Of a DNA stretch of 64,000 nt, positions 14,401 through 28,735 are shown piece after piece. This DNA comes from Chrysomallon squamiferum. Lineage: Eukaryota; Animalia; Mollusca. The stretch lies in assembly GCA_012295275.1 (NCBI GenBank), contig CM022670.1, forward strand, positions 33,666,001 through 33,730,000, in the 5' to 3' direction. The notes under the pieces are model-generated. The model was given only the letters and a program-made list of their open reading frames with translations, was not told where the DNA came from and did no database searches. Positions within the stretch are counted from its first letter, which is position 1. Each line of letters begins with the position of its first letter. The position numbers and the translations under genes are program-made.

Positions 14401-16460
14401 CTTTAATCCAGAGGCTAATTAATAGGGCAATCCGTCAACACCTATGTTCAGAGAAGACTTTGGTTTTGATCCCAGGATTAAAAGTCCTTGTGATGTGGAA
14501 TGCTCTCAGTTTACGGGCGAGGCGAGCGGTGTTTGTGAAACTGGGATTTGTGGTGTCGTATCGCCACTCCATGCTTATTGACATTCTGACTAGGGTTGCC
14601 TTTTAGCTCGCCCAGAGTTTGTTTCACCCTAGTACATCTTCTTCAAAGTGATGCGATACTTCTTAAGCCTAACCCGGGGCAGCGACGTACACTTTGCGGA
14701 TAGTTTTAACTTGTTCAAACGAACCAGTTTTCTAGACGTCTACCTTCCTCTTCTCTTGATCTGAGGACTCGCATGAGCTGTGACGTAGAGCAGAATAAAC
14801 AAGACCAACTGAACACCAAAGAATTTCGCAGTTTCTTCTTGGTTTTTTTTTTTTACTTGTTACGTCAGAGATGTTTACAACCCCACTTAGAATAATCGCC
14901 AAAATGACTGAGCAGATGGAACGAAATTGCATCGCATTTATTTGACGTGCTGCGCAGATGTCTTACATTCACTGATCTTTTCTTTTGAAAAAGAAAAAAA
15001 AAAAAAAAAAAAACAGTTTTAGGAAATAAACAACAACACACAAACAACAACAGCACACCTGTAGATACCTCCACACCTTAATCAGCATTTTTGTAAAACG
15101 GTCATATAACTAATGTCAAGGGAAAGTGTAGCCACCATGTCTAAGATTATTATTATCTGGAGATACAAAATTCTAGTAATTTCGTCAGAAATTCGTAAAT
15201 TTAATAAAACACCATAACAATCTTAGTCTTCAACCTTAAGAAAGACGCCGTTGGTAAAAGTGAAAAAATCAGATGGACTGCGGCAATAACATATTTTGGT
15301 TGTTTGGTTTTGTGACCCCATGATCTGAACAGTTAACCATATTAAACATATTTTTCTATACTTTCTGTAAGTAAACTGTATCCTCGTCAAGATCGTTACC
15401 ATCATCATCATCGTGATTAGTATTACCATCATCACTATCAACATCATTATCATCATCATTATTATTAACGTCGTCGTCATTTACTACTGAAGCGGCCAGA
15501 AGTTACCTTTAAGTATTGGCTTCGTTGCTGGATCCAATTAACGATACGTAGTTTTATGGCTTATTCCATCTAACGTCTAGACAAAGATAAATTATGGATT
15601 GATCAGCACTAATTTTCTTTGAAGAATATAATCCGGATTGCACATTAATTCAAAGTCATTTCTGGTGACTGATAACGTATTTACGTGAATTTCAAGGTAA
15701 AACTTGTCATATAACATTACCGGTTAGACAAGAGGTTATAATTTCATTTTGCTTTTTAACAACGACTGTGGAATAATTACAATAACCATGAGTAATGATT
15801 CTTTACTGCATATTATATTTAAAATGAAGCTATGTTGCAAACAAGCAAAAGACGGAATTACTTTTTGCTGTCCACATATTTTGTTAATTCAGTGACAAAT
15901 ATAACAATATCCACCAACAGCAATAATATTAGCAAGGCTGGTAATTTGATTCTTTGCTGTAAATTATAAAACCTAGATTTGAATAGGATTCTCACACAAC
16001 ATACAAGAAACAAGGAGGTAAAGAAATAAATATCAATAGTTTCTTCCATATTCTCCATGTAACTGTTTACAGTATCATTGATTTTGATGTCTAGAATATA
16101 ACATGCTTCAACATGCAAAAGTCTTGATTTTCATTACTTTTTAAGACACAGTGTCTGAAAAAAGTGAATATAGAATTACGGCAACTGAAATAGCTTTATC
16201 GATATTTGCATTTTTTGCAAGAAAACCCATTGTAGTTATAAGTCTGAATAAAACTGCATTGTCGATGCTTCTCGTTGATTTGTTTAGAAAAACAAAAAGA
16301 AGTAAAAACAAATTAACCAATCATTAGGACATAGAAGAAAATATGTCTATTCGAAAGATATGTCATCAAAATAGTTTCTAAAAACACACAACCAAAGCTA
16401 TCGATTAAGCAGTAAATATACAGTCTTATTCAATTAACCATATCTCCTGATGTCATTATT

Positions 16461-17155
16461 GTGCTACATAGGCCTTCGGTACATTTCTGTATTTGGTGTA
16501 CGACATAGGCCTTCAGTGTTTTTCTGTCTTTGGTATACTGCACAGGCTTTCAGTGTTTTTCTGGGGGGTTTTGTGTACTGCAGGCACAATCCTTAGGTGC
16601 TTTTCTGTCTATGGTATACATTAAACAATTATTTGTATTCTGCATTATCATAGGTTTAGTTCGTATAGGTCATTTACAGTCAGCTGTATGGTCTATTGTT
16701 TTTGGTTAGTTCTTGAATTGAAATAGTTGATCGGGTTCTCTAGTCTTTAGTGTATTATAAATACTTAATATTATGTTCTATTAACAGTCAGTTGTATTGT
16801 CTATTGTTTTTGGTTAGTTCTTGAATTGAAATAGTTGATCGGGTTCTCTAGTCTTTAGTGTATTATAAATACTTAATCATATGTTCTATTAACGGTCAGT
16901 TGTATGTAATATAGGCCTTAAATAATTAATAATATTATACGCATCTTAAACAAATTAATAGTTTGCTCTGATGTGTTTGGAGTATTACATAGGCCTTAAA
17001 TATTTTGTGGCATATTATGTTGATTGTATGTATGCCATAAACAATTAATCGTTTCCGCTGTTGTCTTTGGTGTACTACATAGGCATTAAACAATTAATCA
17101 TTACTGTCTTGTACTGTCTTCGGTGTATTAAACAGGCATTAAAGAATTAATCATA
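16461..17155. repeat. Degenerate minisatellite array containing a near-perfect 108-bp tandem duplication
   Basis: Recurrent 'tactacataggc(c/a)tt' and 'tctttggtgta' motifs in units of roughly 37-55 bp. The 108-bp unit 'cagtcag.tgtat.gtctattgtttttggttag...gttctattaa' occurs at 16677-16784 and 16785-16892. Confidence 0.8.
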
Positions 17156-17637
17156 TACTGTTTTAGGTGTACCCTTCAGTCATCAAGCTTGAACAAGAAA
17201 CATGATTAAAGTATCATTTAACGGGCGTCGGGTTCAATTAATTCTGTAAACTGCTGATAAAAGGTAGCCGCTCTAATCGGTTTGTTTGATGGCACTAAGC
17301 AATATCGTAACGTCAAACAGAACTGTCAGCATTATCTTCTGACAGATCTTTGTAATGCTGGATCACAGAGGCATTAAAACATCTTATCGATTGATTGTCA
17401 CATAATAGATTTCTGTGTACAACAGTATCGACTGACATCGCTATTGTTTTGTGTTTTACAAGACTTTGGTCTTTTCTAACCATGCCTGACTAGTGGCCGT
17501 TAACATAACGAATGTGTGTGTTCATTATTTAAATCATCTGTATGGATTGCTTTACTGTTTTTAAACCATCTACAGAACCAATCCTGTAGAAAAAAATTCG
17601 ATCTGGAATGTAGTAAAACATTTTTATTATTATTATT

Positions 17638-17709
17638 ATTTTATTTTTATTTTTATTTTTATTTTTATTTTTATTTTTATTTTTATTTTTATTTTTATTT
17701 TTATTTTTA

Positions 17710-17740
<31 letters not shown>

Positions 17741-17860
17741 TTTTTTTTTTTATTTTTTTTTTATTTTTATTTTTATTTTTATTTTTATTTTTATTTTTAT
17801 TTTTATTTTTATTTTTATTTTTATTTTTATTTTTATTTTTATTTTTATTTTTATTTTTAT
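17638..17860. repeat. (TTTTTA)n hexanucleotide microsatellite
   Basis: Long run in two blocks separated by a poly-T stretch; produces the spurious FYFY ORF. Confidence 0.95.
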
Positions 17861-20795
17861 TCTTGTTATTCTTGTTGTTATTATTATTATTCATGCGATT
17901 TAACCTCACAGGTGTAAACAGTTTGAAAGAAGGCCATTTTTAGAATATTATATTGTCATTCTTAATGTTTAAATGTACTGTTACTTCAAAGGGAATGCTG
18001 CTGTTATCTGAATTATCGTAGAATCATCGTATCACAATTATCACTCCTTTTTTTTTTTTTCATTAAGGGAGTTTAGAGATATGTTGAGATAAAAATACTG
18101 TATACAATATACATTATGCTTTTTGTTTAGTCATCTGGAAATTTTATCTCAAATTATTTCTATTTTGAAAATCTAATAGCCGCAGGAAAAGTTTATATTG
18201 CAGTGTTCGCAAGTAAAATTTCTATTTTGATCTCATTGGCAGAAACATTCCACAACTTTTTATTATTCTTATCTTTTTTTCTTTTTTTTAAACTTTATCC
18301 ATTAGTCATTTATGTATTTATATCTTATGAATATCTGTAATATGCTCGACAACTTATAATAGTCTGTTATTTATATAGGAGAAATCTTTGAAGAGAAACA
18401 TCTGTGTAATTGCCTATATCTAACATCACGTTCAGCGTGAGTTTTACTTGATAGTTTATTCACGGCTTTTCTCGATAGACGGCATACCATAACCATCCAC
18501 CCGTATTACACCATGCTGGATATTTGTTTACGCCGTGTGTGTAAATACGTGGTATTACCCTAGAGGCAATGTAAACAGTATATATCGTTGTAAAAAAAAA
18601 AAAAGAAGAAGAAGAAGAAGAAAAAAATATGTATAAAATGAATGTTTGATATTTGTTACACTTTCATGAGATAGGAAGTGAAATTCATCACTTTTAAAAA
18701 CTGTGTGATATTTACGTATTTCGTTTTCATTTAATGTAATTTATTTAATCCCTGTTCCAGGCTGACCTGTTTATCAAAGGCTGTGTTTTTCACGTCAGCA
18801 CAGCAGCGATCATGTAAGAATTTAATTTATGCTAAAATTCGAATACTCCAAGGAATGAAAGCCTTTTCTCTCAAATGATTTTATCATTATACAGTTAAAA
18901 TCCTATTAACCGCGTCTAACTGTAGACTAAAGAGTCTTCAAACATTCATTTATTTTATTACATTTTATTTTATTTATTTTGTGTTGAAACCTATTTTATA
19001 CAAATATACGTAAGTATATAAGAAATATTAATTGTTAACTACCAGATTCTTAAAGTCTAAATGTTTTTTTTTCTCAAAAACAGACTGTATAATTTGTCCA
19101 GTGCATCATGTTTGGATACTGGGAGGAATACAGTTATAATTAATAAAAATATAAGAACGTAGAGTAAAACATTTCTTTCCTGTTAGTGAAAGGAGAAAAG
19201 ACGTCACCGCCTTCACGTAACATCTAGTTTAATATGTCAGTTTCCATTAAAAACAAAACAATTTCCATTAAAACAAAACAAAAAGCTGCTAATCTGTTGA
19301 CTCTCCCTACTACCTTCCACAACATATTTTTTTCTGTAGTCGTTCACTGACGGGAAAGCCTCAAATACAATCTGGAACGAGACAAAAGATAGGTATTTAC
19401 AAACATAATTAGATATCTGTCATTCTTTCTTGGCTTAATCCTTTTTTATCTGGAGGTATCTCAGATGTCCTGTGGTATCAACTAAATACACATCTCGTTT
19501 GATGTATATCTTCACTTGCACATAAAATAATACATAATTTATCAGTATTAGCATTATTAACGAGTGCTGTCGCACAGAAAACTGAACTGTGGCATTTGCC
19601 TGTGCAAACTGCAGCGTCGACAGGTGAGCGAAACTGTTGACATTTTAACCTATTTGCAACAACGAGGGTTCGAGAAGTTCAGTTCTGTGTATGACGGGAG
19701 AAGCGTACGCTCTAATTTCTCTAATTAATTTGCCAGCCAAATCTTTCAATCGGTAATGAAGGATTTACGTCTTGGCTGGAGAAGATAACGTGTTTCCTCA
19801 AACTTTACACAGCTGAAATTTTTTTTATAAAGAGATTTATGCACGTTATTCTAATCGCATTTCACAGTTCGATCAATTTTCGGTGACAAAACGTCCTGAT
19901 TCAAAAGTCAATGGTACTGATATCGAAATATGCTGGTATATTTATTTTTATTTTTATTTTTATTTTTGTTGTGCAAAATAAACCAAACCTGCATGTATCC
20001 GAATGATTTGAACGTGTAAACGTTAACTGAAGAATTATATATACATATATGTACGTCATGTGTCAGTAATAGAATTTGTGAAATACACTACTGTCTTAAA
20101 CGTATTTAGATTAACTTGTATAACATCCCTGTATTGCCAGTTACGATTCAGTGGATAAGTCATCTCTATACTAGCTCCTGTTATAATGCGCCTTCTCTTC
20201 TATCCAACTAATCGTTTATCATAATTAACGCTATACAACTGATACGGGTAGTCCTCTCTTGTTTGTTATTTACATTCCTTAAGTAGATGTAAACTGGATT
20301 CATACGTCTGGTTGATTGGTTGATAATAGCATAACTCAGTGTATTTTATAAGACTGATCAGATTACCCCAGGTATTTTATTGCTATTCTGTTTCGTCTTT
20401 CCCCTGTCTCAACTTCCTAGAGACCTTCTTTCGTTTTCGCAGATCTTGCATAATTTATTGTGAGGTGGAAGGTTCTTAAATGTGTATATGCATATATATC
20501 CGGTTGGACGATTGCCTGGTTAAGAACCATTACAAAGTACTTAACAGCTGGCTGGGTTAATGTCTGCCTGCTTGACTGGTTCTGAATGGACAGCTAAAAC
20601 ACAACAGCAATATAAAAAGAAAACTTGGAAAATTCCTGGAGAAAAAAAAAAGTCAGCGTATACTGTTTAGCCATTCTTTTTATCTGTACTGTTCGATTAT
20701 TGATGACGTGTTCGTGATAAAACAGATTGTTCAACAGATCACAACACGAGATCTTCTGTCAGATCGAGACTGCAGCTTGTGTCACGCCATGAGAA

Positions 20796-20946
20796 AAGAA
20801 GGAAGAAAAGAAATATGGCTTAATTAACGACACACTCTGCGCATTTTTTTTTTTTTTTCAATCTACGGTTACCTGGATTCAAAAGTACGGTCGAGGACCA
20901 AGAGGATAATAAGAGAGGAAACCCGCTACCGCCACGCGATCCCTAT
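20796..20946 (-). mobile_element. 5'-truncated SINE-like retroposon copy with 16-bp target-site duplication
   Basis: Flanked by identical TGTCACGCCATGAGAA at 20780-20795 and 20947-20962. The reverse complement contains 'agcgggtttcctctc' and 'gtgtgtcgttaa', shared with the copies at 56351-56627 and 34271-34404, and ends in a TTCC/TTC-rich tail. Confidence 0.75.
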
Positions 20947-23180
20947 TGTCACGCCATGAGAACGAGACTTCCAGACGATCAGTCTTTGTAGCCAAGCGAA
21001 ATCACTTTTTATTCCAGTTTCACAGATTAAATAATAAAAATTTCTCAGCAACTATATTGCATCGGTAATGCTGCAAGAGAATTCAATTACACGAGAAAAG
21101 CGTCTTAGCCTTCGTGATCAAAGACAGCGTCTCTGTTAGTTATCAACAAGGGAAATATAGGCAGGTCACGCATCCGTCATTTTAATGCTGATATGCTCCA
21201 AAGGTGATTAATGTTTAATATCATTATTGTTCTTCTCTTTTTTTTTCCGAAGGCTAAAGTGAAAAGAGGGCCAAATAGTTTGCGTGACTTGTACAGATAG
21301 AGTACCTGTGTTAGAGATTTGAAATTGATAAATATTGTTTTATAGCTTGGACGAAAGATGTATAGAAAAGATGAAGATAAATAGCTCAAGGTACAGGCAG
21401 GCAGACAGATATATGAACGTTTATAAAAATATATATATATATAATTCAATATTTTATGATACTAAAAAATATATAGGCTGCTTAGACGGCAACCATTTTT
21501 TATCAGCCTAGTCCAGCCAGTCACAGATTAGTCTGCGCATCAGTCAGGAAATGTGTGCTGAATGTTTCTGCACTGCAAGTCACCTGACTCCAAGAATGCT
21601 TATCTTTGATTGGGTAATGAACAACAAAGAGTTGTAGTCTGAATCGGTTGGAATACGTTATAAAATGTCTTCACTCCATCGATTCTTAATACTGAAGAAA
21701 ATTCGTTAAAGGAAAAAAAAAAAAAAATAAATAAAAAAAAAAAAAATAAATAAATAAATAAATAAATGATAGTCTGGTTCTATACCGTTTCATAAAACAA
21801 GGGACGTAACAACGTTCTGTCACAAACAGCCTGATCTAACTAAAATCTAAAAAAACAAACAAAAACAAAAACAAAAAAACTCTACTGTTTATGGCCTTGC
21901 AGTCAGAAATGGCATCTGTGCAATTCTCGTTAGTTATTACATAAGAGGTTTTTTTCTGTTAACACTTGTCAAATATGGCCTCAAACGTTTTCCATAACGT
22001 CGAGCCTTAGAAACTAACCACATCTGCAGTAAGTCGTGTTATTCATCACATCGGAATTCTACAGTTCCGATCCAGAAAAGTTGTTTTTTTTGTTTTTGTT
22101 TGTTTTTGTTTGTTTTTTTTTTTTTTTTTTGTTTTTTAGATAATATTAAATTTCAAAAGAAAGTCTGGTAATGAAGTATGGAAATCTGATACAGGGGATG
22201 AGTAATAAATGGGAGAACACCGTGTATAAATTTACGTTTATGTTCTGTAGTTTAACTGAATTTTATTGTTGTTGTTGTTTTGGTTTTTTTTTTTAAAGGA
22301 AGATGTAATTTTACTAATGTCAAGTTGACGTCATTATCCAAAGGCTAAATATTAACGTGCGTCTTTGTTAAAGTTGTGTTAATTTGGGGTTTAGTTTTGG
22401 GGGGAAGTTGTCCTTTTTTCATTCCTCTCGGTATGTTAAGTAAAATTTCTTTAGGACATTTTATTTTTAGTATAAGTATCTCCTACGCTCATTGCCGAGT
22501 TTTTCCTCCAAGGTCAATAATACTTCTATTTTAAAAAATATATATATCTGAAAACATCTGAATTTTTTTATTTTTCATTTTATTTATTTATTTACTTTGC
22601 ATACCCGTACGTCTATTTCTGGAGTATTTTTTTATTACCTGGAAAGTCTTTGGTTTGTTTAAACAATAATTTATACTGTTCTCGAATCTTTTCGTTTTTT
22701 TTTTTTTTTTTAGTTTTACAAAATATAATGCTGACAGGTTGGTATTTCGAAATCATTAATTAGAAATTACTAAAATGTAATTTAAAAAAAAAAAAAAAAA
22801 AAAAATGTATAAATAAATCAGGATAGTGTGTCCCAAATGTGAAGCAGTATACTTGTACTGCAAATGGTTTCAGCAGGTCAAAGTGCATTTAATGAATATA
22901 AATATGTAATAATATGAAATGTGTCGGCAGATACGTGATATCATTTGCTAATTATAATACATTCCTTGCTGCTACGTCTAAATGGATTACTGTAATTAGA
23001 TAACCACAACATACACAAACAGCGTGCTTAACGTTAGATTTTATCAGTTAACCTTTGATAAAAAGCGTCTTTAAAGGATAAGCTTTTATTTTTGAGTTAA
23101 TCGCATCAAATGATCATTTGTTCCCTGATTATTTTTTTTTTATTTTTATTTTATTTTGTTTTTATGTAAGATTGATATTT

Positions 23181-23212
<32 letters not shown>

Positions 23213-25191
23213 TTTTATCTTTATATACAAATATGGCTGAAGTTTATATTTCTCTAGTGCAAAAAGATCATTAAACGTTTGCATGGTCCTGTTCATGTTT
23301 ATTTTGTATCGCGTGTTTCTGCTGACTTTTTCAAAACTGATTATTGACCATTTTGAGGGATTTTGTATCCTTGAACTTAAAACCAATCATTAGTATCGTA
23401 CTAATGACAACGTTTCGGTGCACCATACTTTCCCACAAAATGTCAAAACGTTACCTGATCCCAAATTAATGGAATAAATAGCTTGTATTACAAAGATACA
23501 AAAAAAAAAACTTTATTTTATATAAGCCATCGCTGGGTATTAATGCTATATCGATACACAGGAAAACAATAAAATATATTTTATGTATGTCTAGGAAATA
23601 TAAATTACACATAATGAATTTAAAAAATAAATAAATAAATAAACTAACCATTATATTTGATAATAATATTTGTCAAACACATAAATCAGTATATGTTTGC
23701 CTATATTGTAATGTGTAAGTGTTTTCTTACAATTATAACAGAGCACTGCGGTTTCTACTTTGAATATTTTTTTTTCTAGTGGTTAAACCGCAACTCCTGC
23801 TATCCTATTGAGACTGTCATTGCCGTATACAGCGACCTGAGTGTTTATTTACACTCCAGTTTGTATGAAAGTCCTGAAACGAAAACAGAGCTGACATTGG
23901 CAGCTACAGAGTTGTGGTCGTGAGGCTGTAGTTGTAAGTGTTCAGTTTTTCAGTCAGTCTCCGTAGTTTCAAAACATCCCTTGCTGTCTCCATGTTATTA
24001 CTCTCGTTTGAATGACATTAATTATTTTCTGTGACTTCTTCTTAATGTTTGTGGAAATTAATCATCATGTGAAGTAAATAAAAAAAGGTAAATAAAGACA
24101 TAAAGAAATAAAAAAGAAAGAAAGAAAGAAAAAAACACAACAGTGTATTATGGATGAATGCACTCATTCCTAATTTATATTCCCTACCCACCGCAGTTCT
24201 AACAAATTCTAATATCAGTTCAAAATGTTTAACAATCATTTCTTTCATTATCAAATCTTCAAAATCTATACCCAATACGTCTATATAGATTTTATGTTTG
24301 TGTCTACATATCCTAAATATTTGGGATGTTTTGAAATTCCATTCTTAGCATAACGAAAAAAAAAATATGACAGAATTTCAATGGGCCAGTTTTGAATGAT
24401 AACGAAAAAAAAAAAAAAAAACCTCTTAAAACTCCATCAAAAGACATTGGAACTGTTTCACATTGTATGGCTATGATTGATTAGTCATTGTCCTCGCTCA
24501 CAGTTCAACAGATAAAAAGAAAGAATTCCTATCTCTCCGATGATCTTCTTGTGTTAGCTGCCGTGTGCTGCCATGACGGGCCAGATATTTCCTGATCCTA
24601 GGATTGTGCGATCGTTTAAAAATATTTGCTGTCAAGAAACGGGTTATGAATAGGTGTGTTATGCGTGCAATTCAGCAAGTGTCCTGACTTGCATACCTGT
24701 CTTTTATCGCGGCGTTCTGTGTGTATAAACCGATATTGCTGTTTGGTGCTGCACGGGCTGTTAACAAACGTTTCGTAGATCCGTGCGACGTTTCTTTTTT
24801 CCGCGCATGTTTGTTGTTGCCATTGACAGTGACCGAAATCACGGCCACAAATAATGTTGCAAAGAAAAGACACGTGTTCGCTTTTGATGTACGCACATGT
24901 ATGCACCAAAGAGAACTCGGTATAATAGTAAGGGTGGTAAATGGCACCTTATTTATAGTAAATACTTTCTTTAAAATATAATGGTGTGGTGCAATGAAAT
25001 ACTGCAGTTTTCTTTATTGTCAAGAATTAAAAATAACGTCTAATCGAAGGGGAAAATAATATTTATTATTTGTTTATTTACCTAGCTAGATTAAGCGTCA
25101 GGGTTTTGGTTGTTATTGTTGTTGACGTAACCAAGTGAATAGATAATAATTAGTCCTTATAAGTTCTGTTAAACACCTTCTGATTGAGTTT

Positions 25192-25260
25192 TTGTTTTGT
25201 CTCTTTGTGTTTATTTGTTTTGTCTCTTTGTGTTTATTTGTTTTGTCTCTTTGTGTTTAT
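25192..25260. repeat. 23-bp tandem repeat x3
   Basis: ttgttttgtctctttgtgtttat repeated three times. Confidence 0.85.
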
Positions 25261-26353
25261 TTGTTTGCTTGTTTCAGTTTCTACAGATTTTTATTAGGAT
25301 TTTGAGGGGGATATCTAAAAATTAAAAACACTATTATAATTACTGCCAACAAATATTTTCTGTACTAAATATGAAAAGTAATGCTAAAAAGAAAAAATAT
25401 AACAAAAAACATTTTTATTTTTTATTTTCATGCGTAGAATATACCCGACTACAAACAGTAATAGTAGTAGTTCTGTGTTGTTGAAGCTTAAATGGCGGAA
25501 ATAGCAACCACAGAATTAATACCATTATCAGTTGCAGTGATGATAGTAGTAGTGACAGCTATAGTAATTTGACTAATAACAGTTTTTATTGGTTGTAAGT
25601 ATTGAGTACTGAAAGTAATAGTTGAGACGCAATGACAGAATAATGATGATGATGTTGATGATGATGATGATGATGATGGTGCTAGCTGCATACGTAGTAG
25701 TAATAGTAGTAGTACTAGTTGTTGTCGTTGTAGTAAGGTTGTAGAATTAATTAATAAGTGATCGCATGGGAAAGCAATGTCTGTATTAGGAGGTACAAAG
25801 CCATTGCCTTATTTCTTTATAGTAGAGTTCAAAACAAAAGCTGTTATATTAATGGATGACGGTGTAGGATTTGTCTTCGTCAAAAGACTTAACAATCACG
25901 TTTTATGTGCATATTAATTATTTCTGAAGATAGCAAGACATGGAGGGCAATCATACCTTACACGTTGTCGTTAGCCTTGCACTCGAGGTTATCATAAAAC
26001 TAATGAGACTGTTAATTTTGATGACATTAACCGTACATTATTAACACTGTAACACTAGCGGCGCATTATGTGAGAGAGACGGGGGCGGGCACGGAACGCC
26101 AGAAAAACAAACACAGAGAGAGAAACAAGAAGATAGTTTCTCTTTTTAAGATATATAAAATGAATTAATGATTTGAAAATATTTAAATAAAAAAAACAAA
26201 AATGATGGTGAATAGAAACAAAACAGAAATATATGTAAGGTTCCACCTATTCAGATGTGTAAAAAAATAAAATAAAAAAATAAAAAAAATAATTACTTTA
26301 GTTTGATTGATTGTAATTATCGACATTTATGAATCCACACATTCCTAGACTGT

Positions 26354-26386
<33 letters not shown>

Positions 26387-26734
26387 CAGTTAATAGTGCA
26401 TTTTTCCGATACATTTATAAATGCTGTTTTATGGTGTTGAAATGTAATTTTATAGTGATTTGTTGTGAGATACCGAGTTTAAAGTATTTTGGAAAAATTA
26501 TCGTAAAACTGGATCTTAGAAATTAATTTTAATTGTTATAGTGAATACGAATATATATCTGAAGACAAAAGCAACAAAAAAAAACAATGAAAATAGCTGG
26601 AGGTGGAGGTGGTGTAATGGTGATATAGCAGTAATAGTAGTACCAGCAACATCATTATCTTAATAGTAGTGCATAAATATTATTTTGTTAGTGGGTTTTT
26701 TTTAGCGTCATGTTTGATGTTTATTTCAAATTCA

Positions 26735-26781
<47 letters not shown>

Positions 26782-27722
26782 AAAGAAATAAAGAAAGAAA
26801 GGATGTTTAGGTTTAGGATTTCAAAGTATCATTTTAAATATAAACTCAAGTCACGATTAACCAGATATTTTAATCCATGCTGTTTTGATGGAACTGGCAT
26901 CTGTATTTTGGAAGAAAAAACATAATAATAATAATAATAATTAATTAATTAATTGAAGTCTATCATTTCATGTTATTTTAGCGAGTGCGCCATTACATTT
27001 TTATACTTGGTACATCCCGCCTCAATTTGCTCGGTCAAGAGGCACCTCGAGCAGTGTTTTCGGCGACACCCGGTATGCTTATCTAACACAAGAGTGATCA
27101 TAATGCATCGTCAGATATTGCTTTGGCTTTTGAAGTCTTGAGGACCCAGGGATCAATGACTGAACTAATGGCAATAGAACAGTCTGCTGAATTGGGCTCG
27201 AGAGCCATCGACGTCTGCTTTGCCCAAATAGAGTCTGCAGCGATTCTACGCAAGCCACAAATTATGCTCCTCATACATAACGCTGTTTACTTTGCGAGCG
27301 CTTTTCCTGAGTGAACACTTCAGTATCCGGCTCCAGTGGAAAGAACCAACACAAGGGCGAGCCCTCGGTTATAGTTTACATTATCTTGAAGCGTTCAACA
27401 CTGGACACTGTTTACGTTTCTGGAGCAATCTCAGACGCTCTCGGTATGCATATTCAGCGCAGTTCTAATGCGTAACATAAACAAGTGTAAATGATGTAAG
27501 TGATACACGGATAATGAACTGTACAGCATAAGAATTATCTGTTTGGTGACGTTCAGAAATCTCCTATAGCGTACTAATAAGACGAGTTATAAAGCCCTCG
27601 GAAGTAATTAAATCACAACAATACGTACTATTACAGACTTTGAATAAGATCAGAGGGAGTTATATAGTTTTTACGAATCTTTAGACCACTTATAGATTTC
27701 AGTGTTCCTGATTTGGCTTTTT

Positions 27723-27839
<117 letters not shown>

Positions 27840-28631
27840 AAAATAACTACACAGCATCATTATCATCATCTACTGCAGCTTTTAATACTATTATTACTGC
27901 AGCTAATACTACTATTGTCTATTTTTGGTCCTTTATTTCACAAACCGTGGCCTGTAGTCCCTGACACTGACGTAAACGCTTCGACCCCGAAGGCAAATAA
28001 GTAATCTGCTTGTAACTACTGACCCTGGCTTTAATCAAAACAGAACAAAACGTCACCGTCACCGCTGTACCAGTATGATTGCAAGGACACACTGGACAAG
28101 GTAACTAACTGCCCACAACGTGATCTGTTGTCGTGTTTTTATCCGGTACCCCGCACTCCAGCCCCCTCATGTAAAAGAGATCAAATGATAAAAACTAATA
28201 ACGGAGTTCGGATAACCTGAGGATCAATTGGATACAAACTGGCTTAGTTTTTCATGAAAACGTAAGCCTGCTCGACGTATCCCAAATTTACGTTTCAGAG
28301 CACACCTACACGACGTAAGTTAGGACGGACGTCGATTCTAAGCCTTTGAGGACTAGGCAAATAAAGAGAAGATTTACGCAAATGATCGAAAGCTAATGTA
28401 GTTGTTATTCATTTCCCATTTTGAAATTGTTGTTTTCAAAACGTTTTTGTTGAAGGTTTATGTTATCTATCACCAAAATGACATCCCAGGAGGTTGTTAT
28501 CGTAATTTATTGTGCCAAAAGCGCTGATAGGTAAAACCTTTTATCATGTTTTCCAATCATTCAGGCTTGTTTTCATCGGCATTATTATTAGTTATTATTA
28601 TTATTGTTATTAGTATTATTAGTGTTATTGG

Positions 28632-28735
<104 letters not shown>

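Noticed and set aside
16461-17155. CRISPR-like array
   Set aside because: Eukaryotic context, degenerate repeats, homologous 'spacers' and no cas genes.
17516-17917. FY-repeat ORF and similar poly-I, SL, ER, CV and YVCM ORFs across the window
   Set aside because: Translations of microsatellites.
27123-27314. 63-aa ORF with protein-like composition
   Set aside because: TTG start, stop shortly upstream, no acceptor/donor pair and no recognised motif.
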